Positions 48,053-57,898 of a DNA stretch of 64,000 nt are shown here, piece after piece. The notes below the pieces were generated by a model. That model saw only the letters and a program-made list of their open reading frames with translations, did not search any database and was not told the DNA's origin. Numbering within the stretch: position 1 is the first letter of the stretch; the number at the start of each line of letters is the position of its first letter. The DNA comes from Clostridia bacterium (GTDB taxonomy: Bacteria > Bacillota > Clostridia > JAAYHZ01). The stretch covers positions 256,001-320,000 of the forward strand of contig JBMNIH010000003.1 in assembly GCA_050950825.1 (NCBI GenBank), in the 5' to 3' direction. The position numbers and the translations under genes are program-made.

Positions 48053-49918
48053 ATGTCGAAGCGATTCATTCGAATCTGCTGTATGTTAACAGCAGTGGTA
48101 ATGATGGCAACGTTCATTGGTTGTGCGCAATCGACGGAACAACAAGAAGAAACGACCACCGGTACCACTACGGCCGTGACGACAACAAAAGCCGTCACGA
48201 CCACAACGGCCCAAACAACCACAACAGCTCAAACAACTACCGCTGCGGTGGAAACAAACCCATTCGCTGAATTTTACGAAGTCAGCTGGATCTCCGGATT
48301 CTGCGACACGTACGAGGAAGGCGCCTATGACGAGTTGATGATTGAAGAAAAATACAACATTGACATCAAAACATGGAACATCAGCTATTACGACGCCGAA
48401 GGATTGACCATGATGTTAGCGGCAGGAGAAATACCCGATTTCAGTTATATCCCCTACGCTCCCATGGATGCGATTCAATTATACGAAGAAGGATTTACTC
48501 GAACCGTTCCTTTGGAGTTCTACAAAAAGTACTTCCCCTACTACTACGAACAGATGGAAAAACATAAACCCTCCAGTTATGTGTATAACAACGTTCCGGG
48601 AACCGACGAATACTACGGAATTTCCTTTATCATGACCACTTGGAAAAACTACTATAACGGCCCCATATACCGTTTGGATTGGTTGGAGAACATCGGTTAC
48701 GAAATTCCGGAATCCGAATTGACGCCCATTCCCATGACCGACGAAAAATTAGGAAAATACAACGGCAATCTTTTTGTCACCAACTTTATGTTTGAATTTG
48801 ACGAAATGAACGATATTTTCCGCGCCTTCACGGAGGACGACCCGGATGGCAACGGTGAAGACGACACCTACGCCGCCGTTGTATTCAACCATACCTTCCG
48901 TGCTGCATGGGTTGATCTGTACTGGGGCATGTTCGGTGTTAACTCTTCCGAAAACAACTACCTATACTTGGAAGAATCCACCGGAGACGTGGTTCCTTGG
49001 TTTGCTTACTCCGGTTACAGGGATTACATGGCATGGGCAAATGAAATGTATGAAAAAGGCTACATGAGAACCTTGGATCTGTCCGACGGCGCTTACTGGT
49101 ACGACGTGCTTTTAGCGACATGGCTTACAGGTAAGGTCGGATTCTTTACCGCCGACAGGCAATACATCGGACGTCCCCATTTTCCGGAATATTCCGACCG
49201 TCAGCCTCCCCAAAGCTTATGGTTAAACGGATTTGAAGACGCCACCTTTGTCTGTATGCCGGTATTGAAAGGGCCCGGAGAAGTATGGGGTAACAGAAGA
49301 TACGGCCTCGACGCATTTGCCGACGGTAAATGGAGAACCTACAACGTATCCAAAGCCGTTTCCGACGGAGAGCTGCAGCGTATACTGACCATGTGGAACG
49401 ACCGCTACAGCGATCCTTACGACGAATGGAACGTGAAAGTATGGATCGGTATCGAAGGCGTTCACTTCAAATGGGAAGGCGAACCGTGGAAATCCGCTAT
49501 GATGACCACCGAAGCCGACAAGGTTCCTCCGCAGTATCGAAGAGGCGGATTCTGGGGCGGCAGCTTCTTAGGCGAAACCCTGTACTACGGACACGAAGCC
49601 GCATTCTACTACTACACATTTGCGGAAGAGAACGATTGGGTGAAAAAGTACTGCATCGAGCCTCATAAGTACATAAACAAGTTGAATATGGGCGCCGAAT
49701 TATACGAAGAATACGTTAAGGAATACGCCGAATACAGCGGAAGCATCAACGCAGCCGTTTCCGACTTTGCAAACCGTGTTTGGAGAGGCGAAATTGCGGA
49801 TCTGAATACCGAATGGCAGCAATACATCGACCAGCTGTATGCGGCGGGACTTGAAATCATCATCGACAAATACTACAACAACGATGCATTCCCGCAATAT
49901 CAAAGACCGGAATTCTAA
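48053..49918 (+). CDS. Extracellular solute-binding lipoprotein, paralog 3
   Basis: 619/621 aa identical to paralog 1. Confidence 0.8.
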   Translation: MSKRFIRICCMLTAVVMMATFIGCAQSTEQQEETTTGTTTAVTTTKAVTTTTAQTTTTAQTTTAAVETNPFAEFYEVSWISGFCDTYEEGAYDELMIEEKYNIDIKTWNISYYDAEGLTMMLAAGEIPDFSYIPYAPMDAIQLYEEGFTRTVPLEFYKKYFPYYYEQMEKHKPSSYVYNNVPGTDEYYGISFIMTTWKNYYNGPIYRLDWLENIGYEIPESELTPIPMTDEKLGKYNGNLFVTNFMFEFDEMNDIFRAFTEDDPDGNGEDDTYAAVVFNHTFRAAWVDLYWGMFGVNSSENNYLYLEESTGDVVPWFAYSGYRDYMAWANEMYEKGYMRTLDLSDGAYWYDVLLATWLTGKVGFFTADRQYIGRPHFPEYSDRQPPQSLWLNGFEDATFVCMPVLKGPGEVWGNRRYGLDAFADGKWRTYNVSKAVSDGELQRILTMWNDRYSDPYDEWNVKVWIGIEGVHFKWEGEPWKSAMMTTEADKVPPQYRRGGFWGGSFLGETLYYGHEAAFYYYTFAEENDWVKKYCIEPHKYINKLNMGAELYEEYVKEYAEYSGSINAAVSDFANRVWRGEIADLNTEWQQYIDQLYAAGLEIIIDKYYNNDAFPQYQRPEF

Positions 49919-49967
49919 GAAAAGCGAATATATCGACGCAAGAAGTGACGTAAGGCGCAAAAAATCT

Positions 49968-49997
49968 AAAAAAAGAGGGGCATACGCCCCTTTTTTT
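49968..49997 (+). terminator. Intrinsic terminator
   Basis: AGGGGC-ATAC-GCCCCT plus T run. Confidence 0.75.
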
Positions 49998-50021
49998 AGT
50001 CATGCAATATAATTATTTAAC

Positions 50022-50050
50022 TTGACTTTATATATAAACGTTGTTATCAT
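50022..50050 (+). promoter_or_regulatory. Sigma-A promoter of paralog 4
   Basis: TTGACT-17 bp-TATCAT with extended TG. Confidence 0.6.
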
Positions 50051-50171
50051 GAGGACATTGTTTTTATAACTGTTTTAGAATAAGAGAGATAAAAAATATA
50101 GTTATTTACATTATTTGTTATTAACGCAATTTTATTGCGTTACAAATATATAATTAAAGAGGAGGTTACAT

Positions 50172-52031
50172 ATGTCTAAGCGTGTTATACGTTTATTATG
50201 TATGACGGTTGTGATGGCGTTAATGCTTACATTCATCGCTTGCTCGCAAACAAGCGAAGAACAACCGAGTGTAACGACAACTGCAGCATCCACAACCACC
50301 GGTGCCATTACAACAACCAAAGCCGAAACTACAACGACCGCAGGTACAACTGCTCCGGTAGAAGAAAATCCTTTTGCCGAGTTTTATGAAGTATCCTGGA
50401 TCAGCGGTTTCGGTGCCGATTATGTCGAAGGTGCATACGATGAACTGATGATCGAAGAAAAGTACAACATTGACTTAAAGGTCTGGAACATCAGTTATTA
50501 TGACAGAGAAGGTTTGACCATGATGTTAGCCGCAGGGGATATTCCTGATGTCAGCTATATCCCGGAAGCTCCCATGGATGCGGTACAATTGTACAACGAA
50601 GGATTCACAAGATCCATTTCTCTCGATATGTACAAGAAGTACTTCCCGTACTACTATCAACAAATGCAAAATCATGCTCCTTCCAGCTTTGTGTACAACA
50701 ACATTCCGGGAACCGAAGATTATTATGGTATTTCTTTCATTATGACCACATGGATGTCATACTATAATGCTCCTATGTTCCGTTTGGACTGGCTGGAAAA
50801 CATCGGTTATGACATTCCCGAATCCGAATTAACTCCCATCACATTCAACGATGAAAAATTAGGACCGTTCAACGGCAATCTGTTCATCACCAACTACATG
50901 TTCGAGTTTGACGAAATGAACGACATCTTCAGAGCGTTCACGGAAGACGACCCGGACGGAAACGGTGAAGACGATACCTACGCAGCCGTTATATTCAACC
51001 ATACCTTCCGTTCAGCATGGGTTGACCTGTACTGGGGTATGTTCGGTGTGAACTCTTCCGAAAACAACTACTTGTACTTGGAAGAATCCACCGGTGACGT
51101 AGTTCCTTGGTATGCTTATTCCGGATACAGAGACTACATGGTATGGGCTAACGAAATGTACAACAAAGGATACATGAGAACCTTATCCGGTGACGGCGCT
51201 TGGTACGACGTATTGTTGGCAACATGGATGACCGGTAAAGTCGGATTCTTCACGGCCGACAGAAACTATATCGGACGTCCGGACTTCCCGGAATACTCCG
51301 ACAGACAACCGCCGCAGGGCTTCTGGGTAAACGGTATGACCGATGCGAAATTCGTTGTTATGCCGGTTCTGAAAGGCCCCGGAGATGTTTGGGGTAACAG
51401 AAGATACGGTCTCGACGCATTTGCAGACGGTAAATGGAGAACCTACAACATAGCGAAATCCGTTTCCGATGGCGAATTGGCACGTATCCTGACCATGTGG
51501 AACGACAGATACTCCGATCCGAAAGAAGATTGGAACGTAAGAGCATACATCGGTATCGAAGGAATCCACTTCAAATGGACAGGAGAACCTTGGAAATCCG
51601 GTATGATTACAACCGAAGCCGCTAAGGTTCCTCCGCAGTACAGAAAAGCCGGATTCTTCGGCGGAAGCTTCTTGCCTGAACCGTTATACTACGGTAACGA
51701 AGGTGCTTACCAAGTCGGACAATTCTCCATCGAAAACAGATGGACGGAAAAATACTGTATCGAACCGTACAAATATCTGAACAAGCTGAACATGGGTGAA
51801 GACCTGTACAATGCATACATCGAAGATTATGCAGAAGTAAGCGGTTCCATCAACGCAGCAATCTCCGATTTTGCAAACCGTTCTTGGAGAGGAGAAATCT
51901 CCGATATGTCCTCCGAGTGGGTACAATACATCAACCAATTATATTCTGCAGGTTTGGAAGACATCATTAAGAAATACTACAACAACGAAGACTTCAAACC
52001 GTATATAAGACCGACATTCACTTATAATTAA
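50172..52031 (+). CDS. Extracellular solute-binding lipoprotein, paralog 4
   Basis: Lipobox FIAC; most divergent copy, same motifs. Confidence 0.8.
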   Translation: MSKRVIRLLCMTVVMALMLTFIACSQTSEEQPSVTTTAASTTTGAITTTKAETTTTAGTTAPVEENPFAEFYEVSWISGFGADYVEGAYDELMIEEKYNIDLKVWNISYYDREGLTMMLAAGDIPDVSYIPEAPMDAVQLYNEGFTRSISLDMYKKYFPYYYQQMQNHAPSSFVYNNIPGTEDYYGISFIMTTWMSYYNAPMFRLDWLENIGYDIPESELTPITFNDEKLGPFNGNLFITNYMFEFDEMNDIFRAFTEDDPDGNGEDDTYAAVIFNHTFRSAWVDLYWGMFGVNSSENNYLYLEESTGDVVPWYAYSGYRDYMVWANEMYNKGYMRTLSGDGAWYDVLLATWMTGKVGFFTADRNYIGRPDFPEYSDRQPPQGFWVNGMTDAKFVVMPVLKGPGDVWGNRRYGLDAFADGKWRTYNIAKSVSDGELARILTMWNDRYSDPKEDWNVRAYIGIEGIHFKWTGEPWKSGMITTEAAKVPPQYRKAGFFGGSFLPEPLYYGNEGAYQVGQFSIENRWTEKYCIEPYKYLNKLNMGEDLYNAYIEDYAEVSGSINAAISDFANRSWRGEISDMSSEWVQYINQLYSAGLEDIIKKYYNNEDFKPYIRPTFTYN

Positions 52032-52039
52032 GCAAATGG

Positions 52040-52068
52040 AAAGAGGGGCTAAAAAGCCCCTCTTTTTT
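52040..52068. terminator. Bidirectional terminator
   Basis: AAAGAGGGGCT / AGCCCCTCTTT. Confidence 0.75.
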
Positions 52069-52085
52069 AATGCTCTTTATTCATA

Positions 52086-53081
52086 TTATGCAATGGTCGC
52101 CAATTGTTCTTCCTTTACCTCCCCGAGGATCGGTTCTCTGTTTATAAAGCTTTCGATGGCCTGCACCGTATAAAGACCGATACGAAATCTTCCGTTGGTA
52201 ACGGCACCGGCGATATGAGGCGTCATGATTATATTCGGCAAGGTTCGAAAAGGATGATCGACGGCAGGCGGCTCCGGATCCGTTACATCCAAGCAAGCCT
52301 TGATCCGTCCGGTTTTGCACTCTTCATACAGCGCCTCTTCATCGATTAAGGAGCCTCGAGCGGTGTTAATTAAGGTGGCTCCGTCTTTCATCAGCTTCAA
52401 ATTGGATCGATTGATCATTTTGTTGGTCGCAGGCAGGGACGGCGCATGAAGGGAAACAACCTCGCTTGACCTCATCAATTCGTCCAGCTCCACCTTCTTT
52501 ACTCCCAGTTCTTTTGCCTGTTCTTCGGAAACAAAAGGATCGTATAACAAAATGTTGACGTGAAAGTTTTTTAACAGCTTGATAAAATGCCTTCCCACCC
52601 AACCGGCTCCTACGACGCCGATATTGATTCCGTACATTTCCTTCGTTTTCATTTTGTTTTTAGCCCATTCCCCGTTGTGAATGTCCGTGTCCAACTCCTT
52701 TACATTTTTAACGGAGATAATGGTTAAACCCAAAGCCGTTTCGGCAACACCGATACCGATGGCATTGGCACAGCTTACGACACGTATTCCCCTCGGGAAG
52801 ATTTGGTCGCTCATGATGGGTTTTACGGACCCGGCGGCATGTATAATCAATTTGAGATTCGGAGCCGTATCCAATATGTCTTTGTCTAAGGAAGGAGTTC
52901 CCCAAGAAGTAATAGCGATGTCGGCTTCCTTAATCAATTCCTTGACCCGCTCCTTGTTCGGAGCCTTCAAATCCTCGTTTTGCGTCACTTCGCCTAATTG
53001 TAACAGCTTCTCCATACACTCCGAATCAAACAAAGAGTCGGCAAGAGGTTTTTGTGCAAGCAGCGAAATCTTCAAAAACAA
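52086..53081 (-). CDS. D-isomer-specific 2-hydroxyacid dehydrogenase
   Basis: HAAGSVK, GAGWVG, INTARG, LDVTDPEP, TPHIAG. Confidence 0.92.
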   Translation of the reverse strand: MFLKISLLAQKPLADSLFDSECMEKLLQLGEVTQNEDLKAPNKERVKELIKEADIAITSWGTPSLDKDILDTAPNLKLIIHAAGSVKPIMSDQIFPRGIRVVSCANAIGIGVAETALGLTIISVKNVKELDTDIHNGEWAKNKMKTKEMYGINIGVVGAGWVGRHFIKLLKNFHVNILLYDPFVSEEQAKELGVKKVELDELMRSSEVVSLHAPSLPATNKMINRSNLKLMKDGATLINTARGSLIDEEALYEECKTGRIKACLDVTDPEPPAVDHPFRTLPNIIMTPHIAGAVTNGRFRIGLYTVQAIESFINREPILGEVKEEQLATIA

Positions 53082-53196
53082 TCACTCCTTAACTGTCTGT
53101 TTTTAACCATTGTATCACAATTACTCAATTCGTATGTTTATTTGTGAAAAAATAAAGGAAGAGGCGAAGCTCTTCCTTTACTTTCGTTCGAATTAT

Positions 53197-54267
53197 TTAT
53201 TTAAGCTCTTCGTTGACAACCTTGACGCCTTCTCTTGCCGATTTGTAAATGGCTTGGACTACCTTCAGCGCTTCGTATCCGTCGATACCTCTCAAACCGA
53301 TTTTTGCGTCCTTGTTGTCTCGTATGCATTCCATAAAGTGACGAATTTCGCTTACATAACCTAAGTTGAATTTTTCGTCAACGGCAGGTCGAGACCATCC
53401 GGTGGTTATTTCCGCTTTTTCAACCGTATAGCTTAAGCCGGGTATGGAGAACACGTTAATGGGAGAAGAGAAGGACAAATCCACGTGCATGCAGCCTTCC
53501 GTGCCGTAAACCTCGAACACGTCTTCCATGCCGCCTTTGGTAACATAGTTGGCTTCGATTAAAGCGGAGGTTCCGTCTTGGAATTTAATCAAGCATGCGG
53601 ACCAGTCTTCGCCTTCCATCTGCTTGTGAACCAGATTGTTTTCCTTGCCACCTGAGGTCATGGCCATCAATTCCGTCCATTTGTTTTCTTTCAATGCCAA
53701 AAGGAAGGAGATGGGGTGGCATCCCAAGTGAATCATACATCCGCCGCCGCAGAATGCGATGGTTTGGGCGAAAGGAGAATGGGATCCGCTATGGCATTCT
53801 CTTGCACGATAGTAAAGGGGTTTACCGATAGCGCCTTCCTTAACGATATCCAAAGCTTTTAATAAAGCCGGCGCAAACAACCAGTCTTCCGCATAATATA
53901 GCCTTTTACCGGCCTTCTCTGCCGCCTGCAGTATTTCGCGAGCGTCTTCCAATGTTGTGGCGAGGGGCTTTTCGGTAATAACGTGTCTGCCCTTTTGGAA
54001 AGCATACACGGCTACATCGTGGTGCATGAAGTTGGGTAAGCAAATGTCCACCACATCACAATCTACATTGTCAATTGCGTCTTTCCAATCATCGTATTGC
54101 GCGTAATCCTTTAATCCGTATCTATCCGCTAATTCTTTTACTCTTTCCGGTCTTTTGTCTGCAAGCCCGACAATGGTTGCCAGTTCGGGGCAACGTACAT
54201 ATCCTTCTACGTGCAAGTTCGCAGCGAACGCGGCTCCTACAACGAGAACTCTAACCTTCTTGTCCAT
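53197..54267 (-). CDS. Gfo/Idh/MocA oxidoreductase
   Basis: N-terminal Rossmann fold, PNFMH, EKPLA, GGGCMIHLGCH. Confidence 0.9.
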   Translation of the reverse strand: MDKKVRVLVVGAAFAANLHVEGYVRCPELATIVGLADKRPERVKELADRYGLKDYAQYDDWKDAIDNVDCDVVDICLPNFMHHDVAVYAFQKGRHVITEKPLATTLEDAREILQAAEKAGKRLYYAEDWLFAPALLKALDIVKEGAIGKPLYYRARECHSGSHSPFAQTIAFCGGGCMIHLGCHPISFLLALKENKWTELMAMTSGGKENNLVHKQMEGEDWSACLIKFQDGTSALIEANYVTKGGMEDVFEVYGTEGCMHVDLSFSSPINVFSIPGLSYTVEKAEITTGWSRPAVDEKFNLGYVSEIRHFMECIRDNKDAKIGLRGIDGYEALKVVQAIYKSAREGVKVVNEELK

Positions 54268-54352
54268 CCTAATACCTCCGATATATAAATAAATAAGTAA
54301 CCGTATTTTTACTTACATCTATTATATGTACAAAGCACCCGCTCGTCAACTG

Positions 54353-55192
54353 TTACAGACCTTTTAAGGCGCCTATGACATCCTTTGAACGGAATATCAA
54401 TCCGTACAAGGTCGAAATCATATACAATTGGCCGTGCTTGTTCCATTCCCCTCGAATGCTTTCCTTCGTTTCCATGGCTACGGTAGCGTCCTCAATGACG
54501 GAGCATATAAGGCCTTTTCGGAACATATCCACCATACCGCAGGGAGATACCTGCAAGCAGCAGTTTAGTGCAAACCCGGTGTATATCAAATGATTAATTC
54601 CCTCTTTTTTGCATAGAGCAAACAATTCTTCCGTAGTCGCGGCGATCGGCTCGTCGCCTATCGGCATGGCCTCATCCGCGAAGTTTCGTATCTTTATGGA
54701 ACGGTGAATATCCTCCATGTTGTGCTTTCCGTAAGAAGCGTCGTAGGTAATCATTTCTTTGATTTTTCGATAGGCATCATCCGGTTCGCAGAGATCCGGC
54801 TTCGGTTGAACCGCTCCGATGCCATGTTGTTCGTTGTATTCTTTCAACGTCTTCAGAACGTATTGGTATCCGGGATAGGAAGAATAGTAGTCCGGGCCTC
54901 CTACCACGTGATACAAGCGGAGAGGGGAATTTCGAACCGTTTCCAACAGCTCCGGAAACACTTTCTTGCATACCTCGTAAGAACGAAGCACGTATTCGTT
55001 TGCTCGGAAAACGCCGGGGTATTCCTCCGGGGTTCCTACGTTCCAAGCATGCATCACCACTACCGCCGTCTTTTCCGGATTGATTTCCACCGTTCTTGTG
55101 TCCCATCCGAGATATCCGTCTGCCGGAACTTCCAAGGTAAAATCCGCATCATAGCCTCTGTAAATCTTAGCCTTCAGTTGAATCGTATTCAT
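54353..55192 (-). CDS. Isochorismatase/cysteine-hydrolase-like protein
   Basis: PEKTAVVVMHAW, LIYTGFALNCCL, VIEDAT; start moved to MNTIQ after GGAGG. Confidence 0.65.
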   Translation of the reverse strand: MNTIQLKAKIYRGYDADFTLEVPADGYLGWDTRTVEINPEKTAVVVMHAWNVGTPEEYPGVFRANEYVLRSYEVCKKVFPELLETVRNSPLRLYHVVGGPDYYSSYPGYQYVLKTLKEYNEQHGIGAVQPKPDLCEPDDAYRKIKEMITYDASYGKHNMEDIHRSIKIRNFADEAMPIGDEPIAATTEELFALCKKEGINHLIYTGFALNCCLQVSPCGMVDMFRKGLICSVIEDATVAMETKESIRGEWNKHGQLYMISTLYGLIFRSKDVIGALKGL

Positions 55193-55354
55193 AAACGATT
55201 TGATCCTCCTATGCACTCAAAAGAGACGTTCTTTTTTGAATTATACCATACCTTCGTAAGGTTCTTTGTCCTATTACGATATTTTTATTAAGGAATTTAT
55301 GTTTTTTACAACCGTTTTGTATTGAAAAAAGTGCAATAAATAATTCAAATTTTA

Positions 55355-55414
55355 TTGACATCACAAAAGATTGTGCTATAATGAATTCGCTTTGTTTAGT
55401 ATAACTAAACAAAG
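55355..55414 (+). promoter_or_regulatory. Sigma-A promoter with palindromic operator of the pot operon
   Basis: TTGACA-16 bp-TATAAT (extended TG), then CTTTGTTTAGT-ATA-ACTAAACAAAG at 55390-55414. Confidence 0.7.
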
Positions 55415-55463
55415 AGTTTAATTAAAATAAATTTTTAAAATGTAAAAAGCAAGAAGAGAAACC

Positions 55464-56003
55464 ATGAATATAGGGAAAAAGATTAAAAGGTTAAGACAAC
55501 TGAATAATTTGACCCAGCAAGAGCTTGCCGATCGGAGCGAACTGTCAAAAGGCTACATATCTCAGCTTGAGAAAAACATAGCTTCTCCTTCCATCGCCAC
55601 TTTAATGGATCTGTTGCAGTGTTTAGGTACGGATTTGAAAGAGTTCTTCAGTCAAGACGAGGATTATCAAGTCGTGTTTACCGCCAATGACATGTTCGAA
55701 AATGAAAACGAAGAAAACAAAAGCCTGGTGAAATGGTTGGTACCGAATTGCAAGAAGTACACCATGGAACCGATCATCATGATTTTACAACCGGGAGGTG
55801 TCTCCAAAAAGGATGAACCTCATAGCGGGGAAGAATTCGGTTATGTATTGGATGGAACCGTCGACATCCATTTGGGTTCGACGGTACACAAAGCCCGAAA
55901 AGGGAACTCGTTTTACTACGATGCCTCTTTACCCCACTACATCAGCAATTCGGGAAAACGCCCCGCAAAGATATTATGGATTTCATCGCCACCTAATTTT
56001 TAA
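55464..56003 (+). CDS. XRE-family regulator with cupin domain (PuuR/PotR-like)
   Basis: LTQQELADRSELSKGYISQLE HTH; HSGEEFGYVL cupin. Confidence 0.9.
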   Translation: MNIGKKIKRLRQLNNLTQQELADRSELSKGYISQLEKNIASPSIATLMDLLQCLGTDLKEFFSQDEDYQVVFTANDMFENENEENKSLVKWLVPNCKKYTMEPIIMILQPGGVSKKDEPHSGEEFGYVLDGTVDIHLGSTVHKARKGNSFYYDASLPHYISNSGKRPAKILWISSPPNF

Positions 56004-56030
56004 TAATGATACGAAAGGATAGAGAAAGTA

Positions 56031-57083
56031 ATGTCGGATTACATTATTGAACTGAAGAACGTTACCAAAATCTTTGAAGACGGCTTTGTAGCGTTGGATA
56101 ACCTTAATTTGAGCATCAAAAAAAATGAATTCTTAACATTACTTGGCCCCAGCGGATGCGGCAAGACCACAACCCTGCGGATTATAGGCGGCTTTGAGAC
56201 GCCAACCAAAGGAGACGTCATATTTCAAGGACAAAGGATCAACGATCTTCCTCCGCACAAGAGAAAGGTAAATACGGTCTTTCAAAAGTACGCTTTATTT
56301 ACCCATTTGAATGTTTTTGACAACGTTGCTTTCGGATTGAAGATTTCCAAAACACCGAAAAATGAAATAAAGGAAAGAGTTACGGAAATGCTGGCCTTGG
56401 TAAACCTGCACGGCTTTGAAGAACGGCAGGTGGAGTCCTTAAGCGGCGGCCAACAGCAAAGAGTCGCCATTGCCAGAGCGTTGGTCAATCGTCCCGATGT
56501 TTTATTGTTGGACGAACCCCTTGGCGCCTTGGACCTGAAAATGCGCAAGGAAATGCAAATTGAACTGAAAAAAATGCAGGAAAAGCTGGGTATCACCTTT
56601 GTGTACGTAACCCATGACCAAGAAGAAGCCCTCAGCATGTCCGACAGCATCGTCATTTTAAAAGACGGTATCGTTCAACAGATTGGCGATCCGGTTTCCA
56701 TATACAACGAACCGAAAAACGCATTTGTAGCGGATTTTATCGGAGAAAGCAATATATTAGACGGAACCATGGTCAAAGATAAATTGGTCCGTTTCTGCAA
56801 TAAAGACATTCCCTGTATCGATACGGGATTTGAGCCGAACGAGCCTATTGATGTGGTGATTCGACCGGAAGACATCGATATCGTGAAGCTATCCGATGCG
56901 CAGTGGACAGGGAAAGTTTTGTCCGTCGTGTTTAAAGGGGTGCATTACGATATAACGGTAGAATCTCCGGACGGATTTATATGGCTTATACAAAATACCG
57001 ACCGTCAATACGAAGGCGATACGATCGGTATGAGCGTAGATCCGGAAAACATTCACATTATGAAAAAGGTGGTGGTGCCATGA
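56031..57083 (+). CDS. potA: Spermidine/putrescine ABC transporter ATPase
   Basis: [38 protein letters not shown]. Confidence 0.95.
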   Translation: MSDYIIELKNVTKIFEDGFVALDNLNLSIKKNEFLTLLGPSGCGKTTTLRIIGGFETPTKGDVIFQGQRINDLPPHKRKVNTVFQKYALFTHLNVFDNVAFGLKISKTPKNEIKERVTEMLALVNLHGFEERQVESLSGGQQQRVAIARALVNRPDVLLLDEPLGALDLKMRKEMQIELKKMQEKLGITFVYVTHDQEEALSMSDSIVILKDGIVQQIGDPVSIYNEPKNAFVADFIGESNILDGTMVKDKLVRFCNKDIPCIDTGFEPNEPIDVVIRPEDIDIVKLSDAQWTGKVLSVVFKGVHYDITVESPDGFIWLIQNTDRQYEGDTIGMSVDPENIHIMKKVVVP

Positions 57084-57898
57084 AAAGGTGGTTCTCTCTC
57101 CCTTACTTGGTGTGGATGGTTATCTTCATCACCGTCCCGCTGCTGCTGATTCTATTCTACGCTGTAACCGAAAGAACCGACCAAGGCCTTGTATTTACAG
57201 CGAATCATTTTAAACAGATATTTGATCCGCTGTATTTAAAGGTTTTTTTACGGTCTTTTAAAATTGCTTTTATCGCCACATTGATTTGCTTGGCCTTAGG
57301 ATACCCGGTAGCACTTTTCCTCGCATCCAAGGATTTTCCCAACTCCTCCACCTATTTGCTGCTGTTCGTTATTCCCATGTGGATGAACTTTCTGTTAAGG
57401 ACTTATGCATGGCTGACCTTATTGGAGAACAACGGCATTATTAACCAGGCGCTGGAGCTGCTCGGTATTTCGAAGGTACAATTCTTGTACAACGAGGGCG
57501 CCGTCATATTGGGTACGGTATATAACTTTTTGCCCTTTATGGTTCTACCCGTTTACTCGGTCATCGTAAAAATCGACGAAAGCGTTATACGGGCCGCCCA
57601 AGATTTAGGTGCGAACAACATTCAGGTTTTGCTCAAGGTGATTGTTCCTTTAAGCCTTCCCGGAGTGATAAGCGGTATTACCATGGTTTTCATGCCGTCG
57701 GTTTCCACCTTCGTTATTTCCCGTTTGTTAGGAGGAGGCCAATTCCCGTTAATCGGTAATATTATCGAGCAACAGTTCCTGCTGACAAGCAATTGGGGAT
57801 TCGGTTCGGCCTTGTCCTTCGTATTGCTCGTATTGGTTATTATCAGCATGTTCTTTACCAACATGAATAACAAGGACGGAAAGGAGAGCATACTATGA
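57080..57898 (+). CDS. potB: Spermidine/putrescine ABC transporter permease
   Basis: [30 protein letters not shown]; start moved to MKRW overlapping the potA stop. Confidence 0.93.
   Translation: MKRWFSLPYLVWMVIFITVPLLLILFYAVTERTDQGLVFTANHFKQIFDPLYLKVFLRSFKIAFIATLICLALGYPVALFLASKDFPNSSTYLLLFVIPMWMNFLLRTYAWLTLLENNGIINQALELLGISKVQFLYNEGAVILGTVYNFLPFMVLPVYSVIVKIDESVIRAAQDLGANNIQVLLKVIVPLSLPGVISGITMVFMPSVSTFVISRLLGGGQFPLIGNIIEQQFLLTSNWGFGSALSFVLLVLVIISMFFTNMNNKDGKESIL

Noticed and set aside
41817-52031. Diversity-generating retroelement or invertase shufflon acting on the lipoprotein paralogs
   Set aside because: No reverse transcriptase or site-specific recombinase is in the window, all copies are co-oriented and full length, and differences are not adenine-specific.
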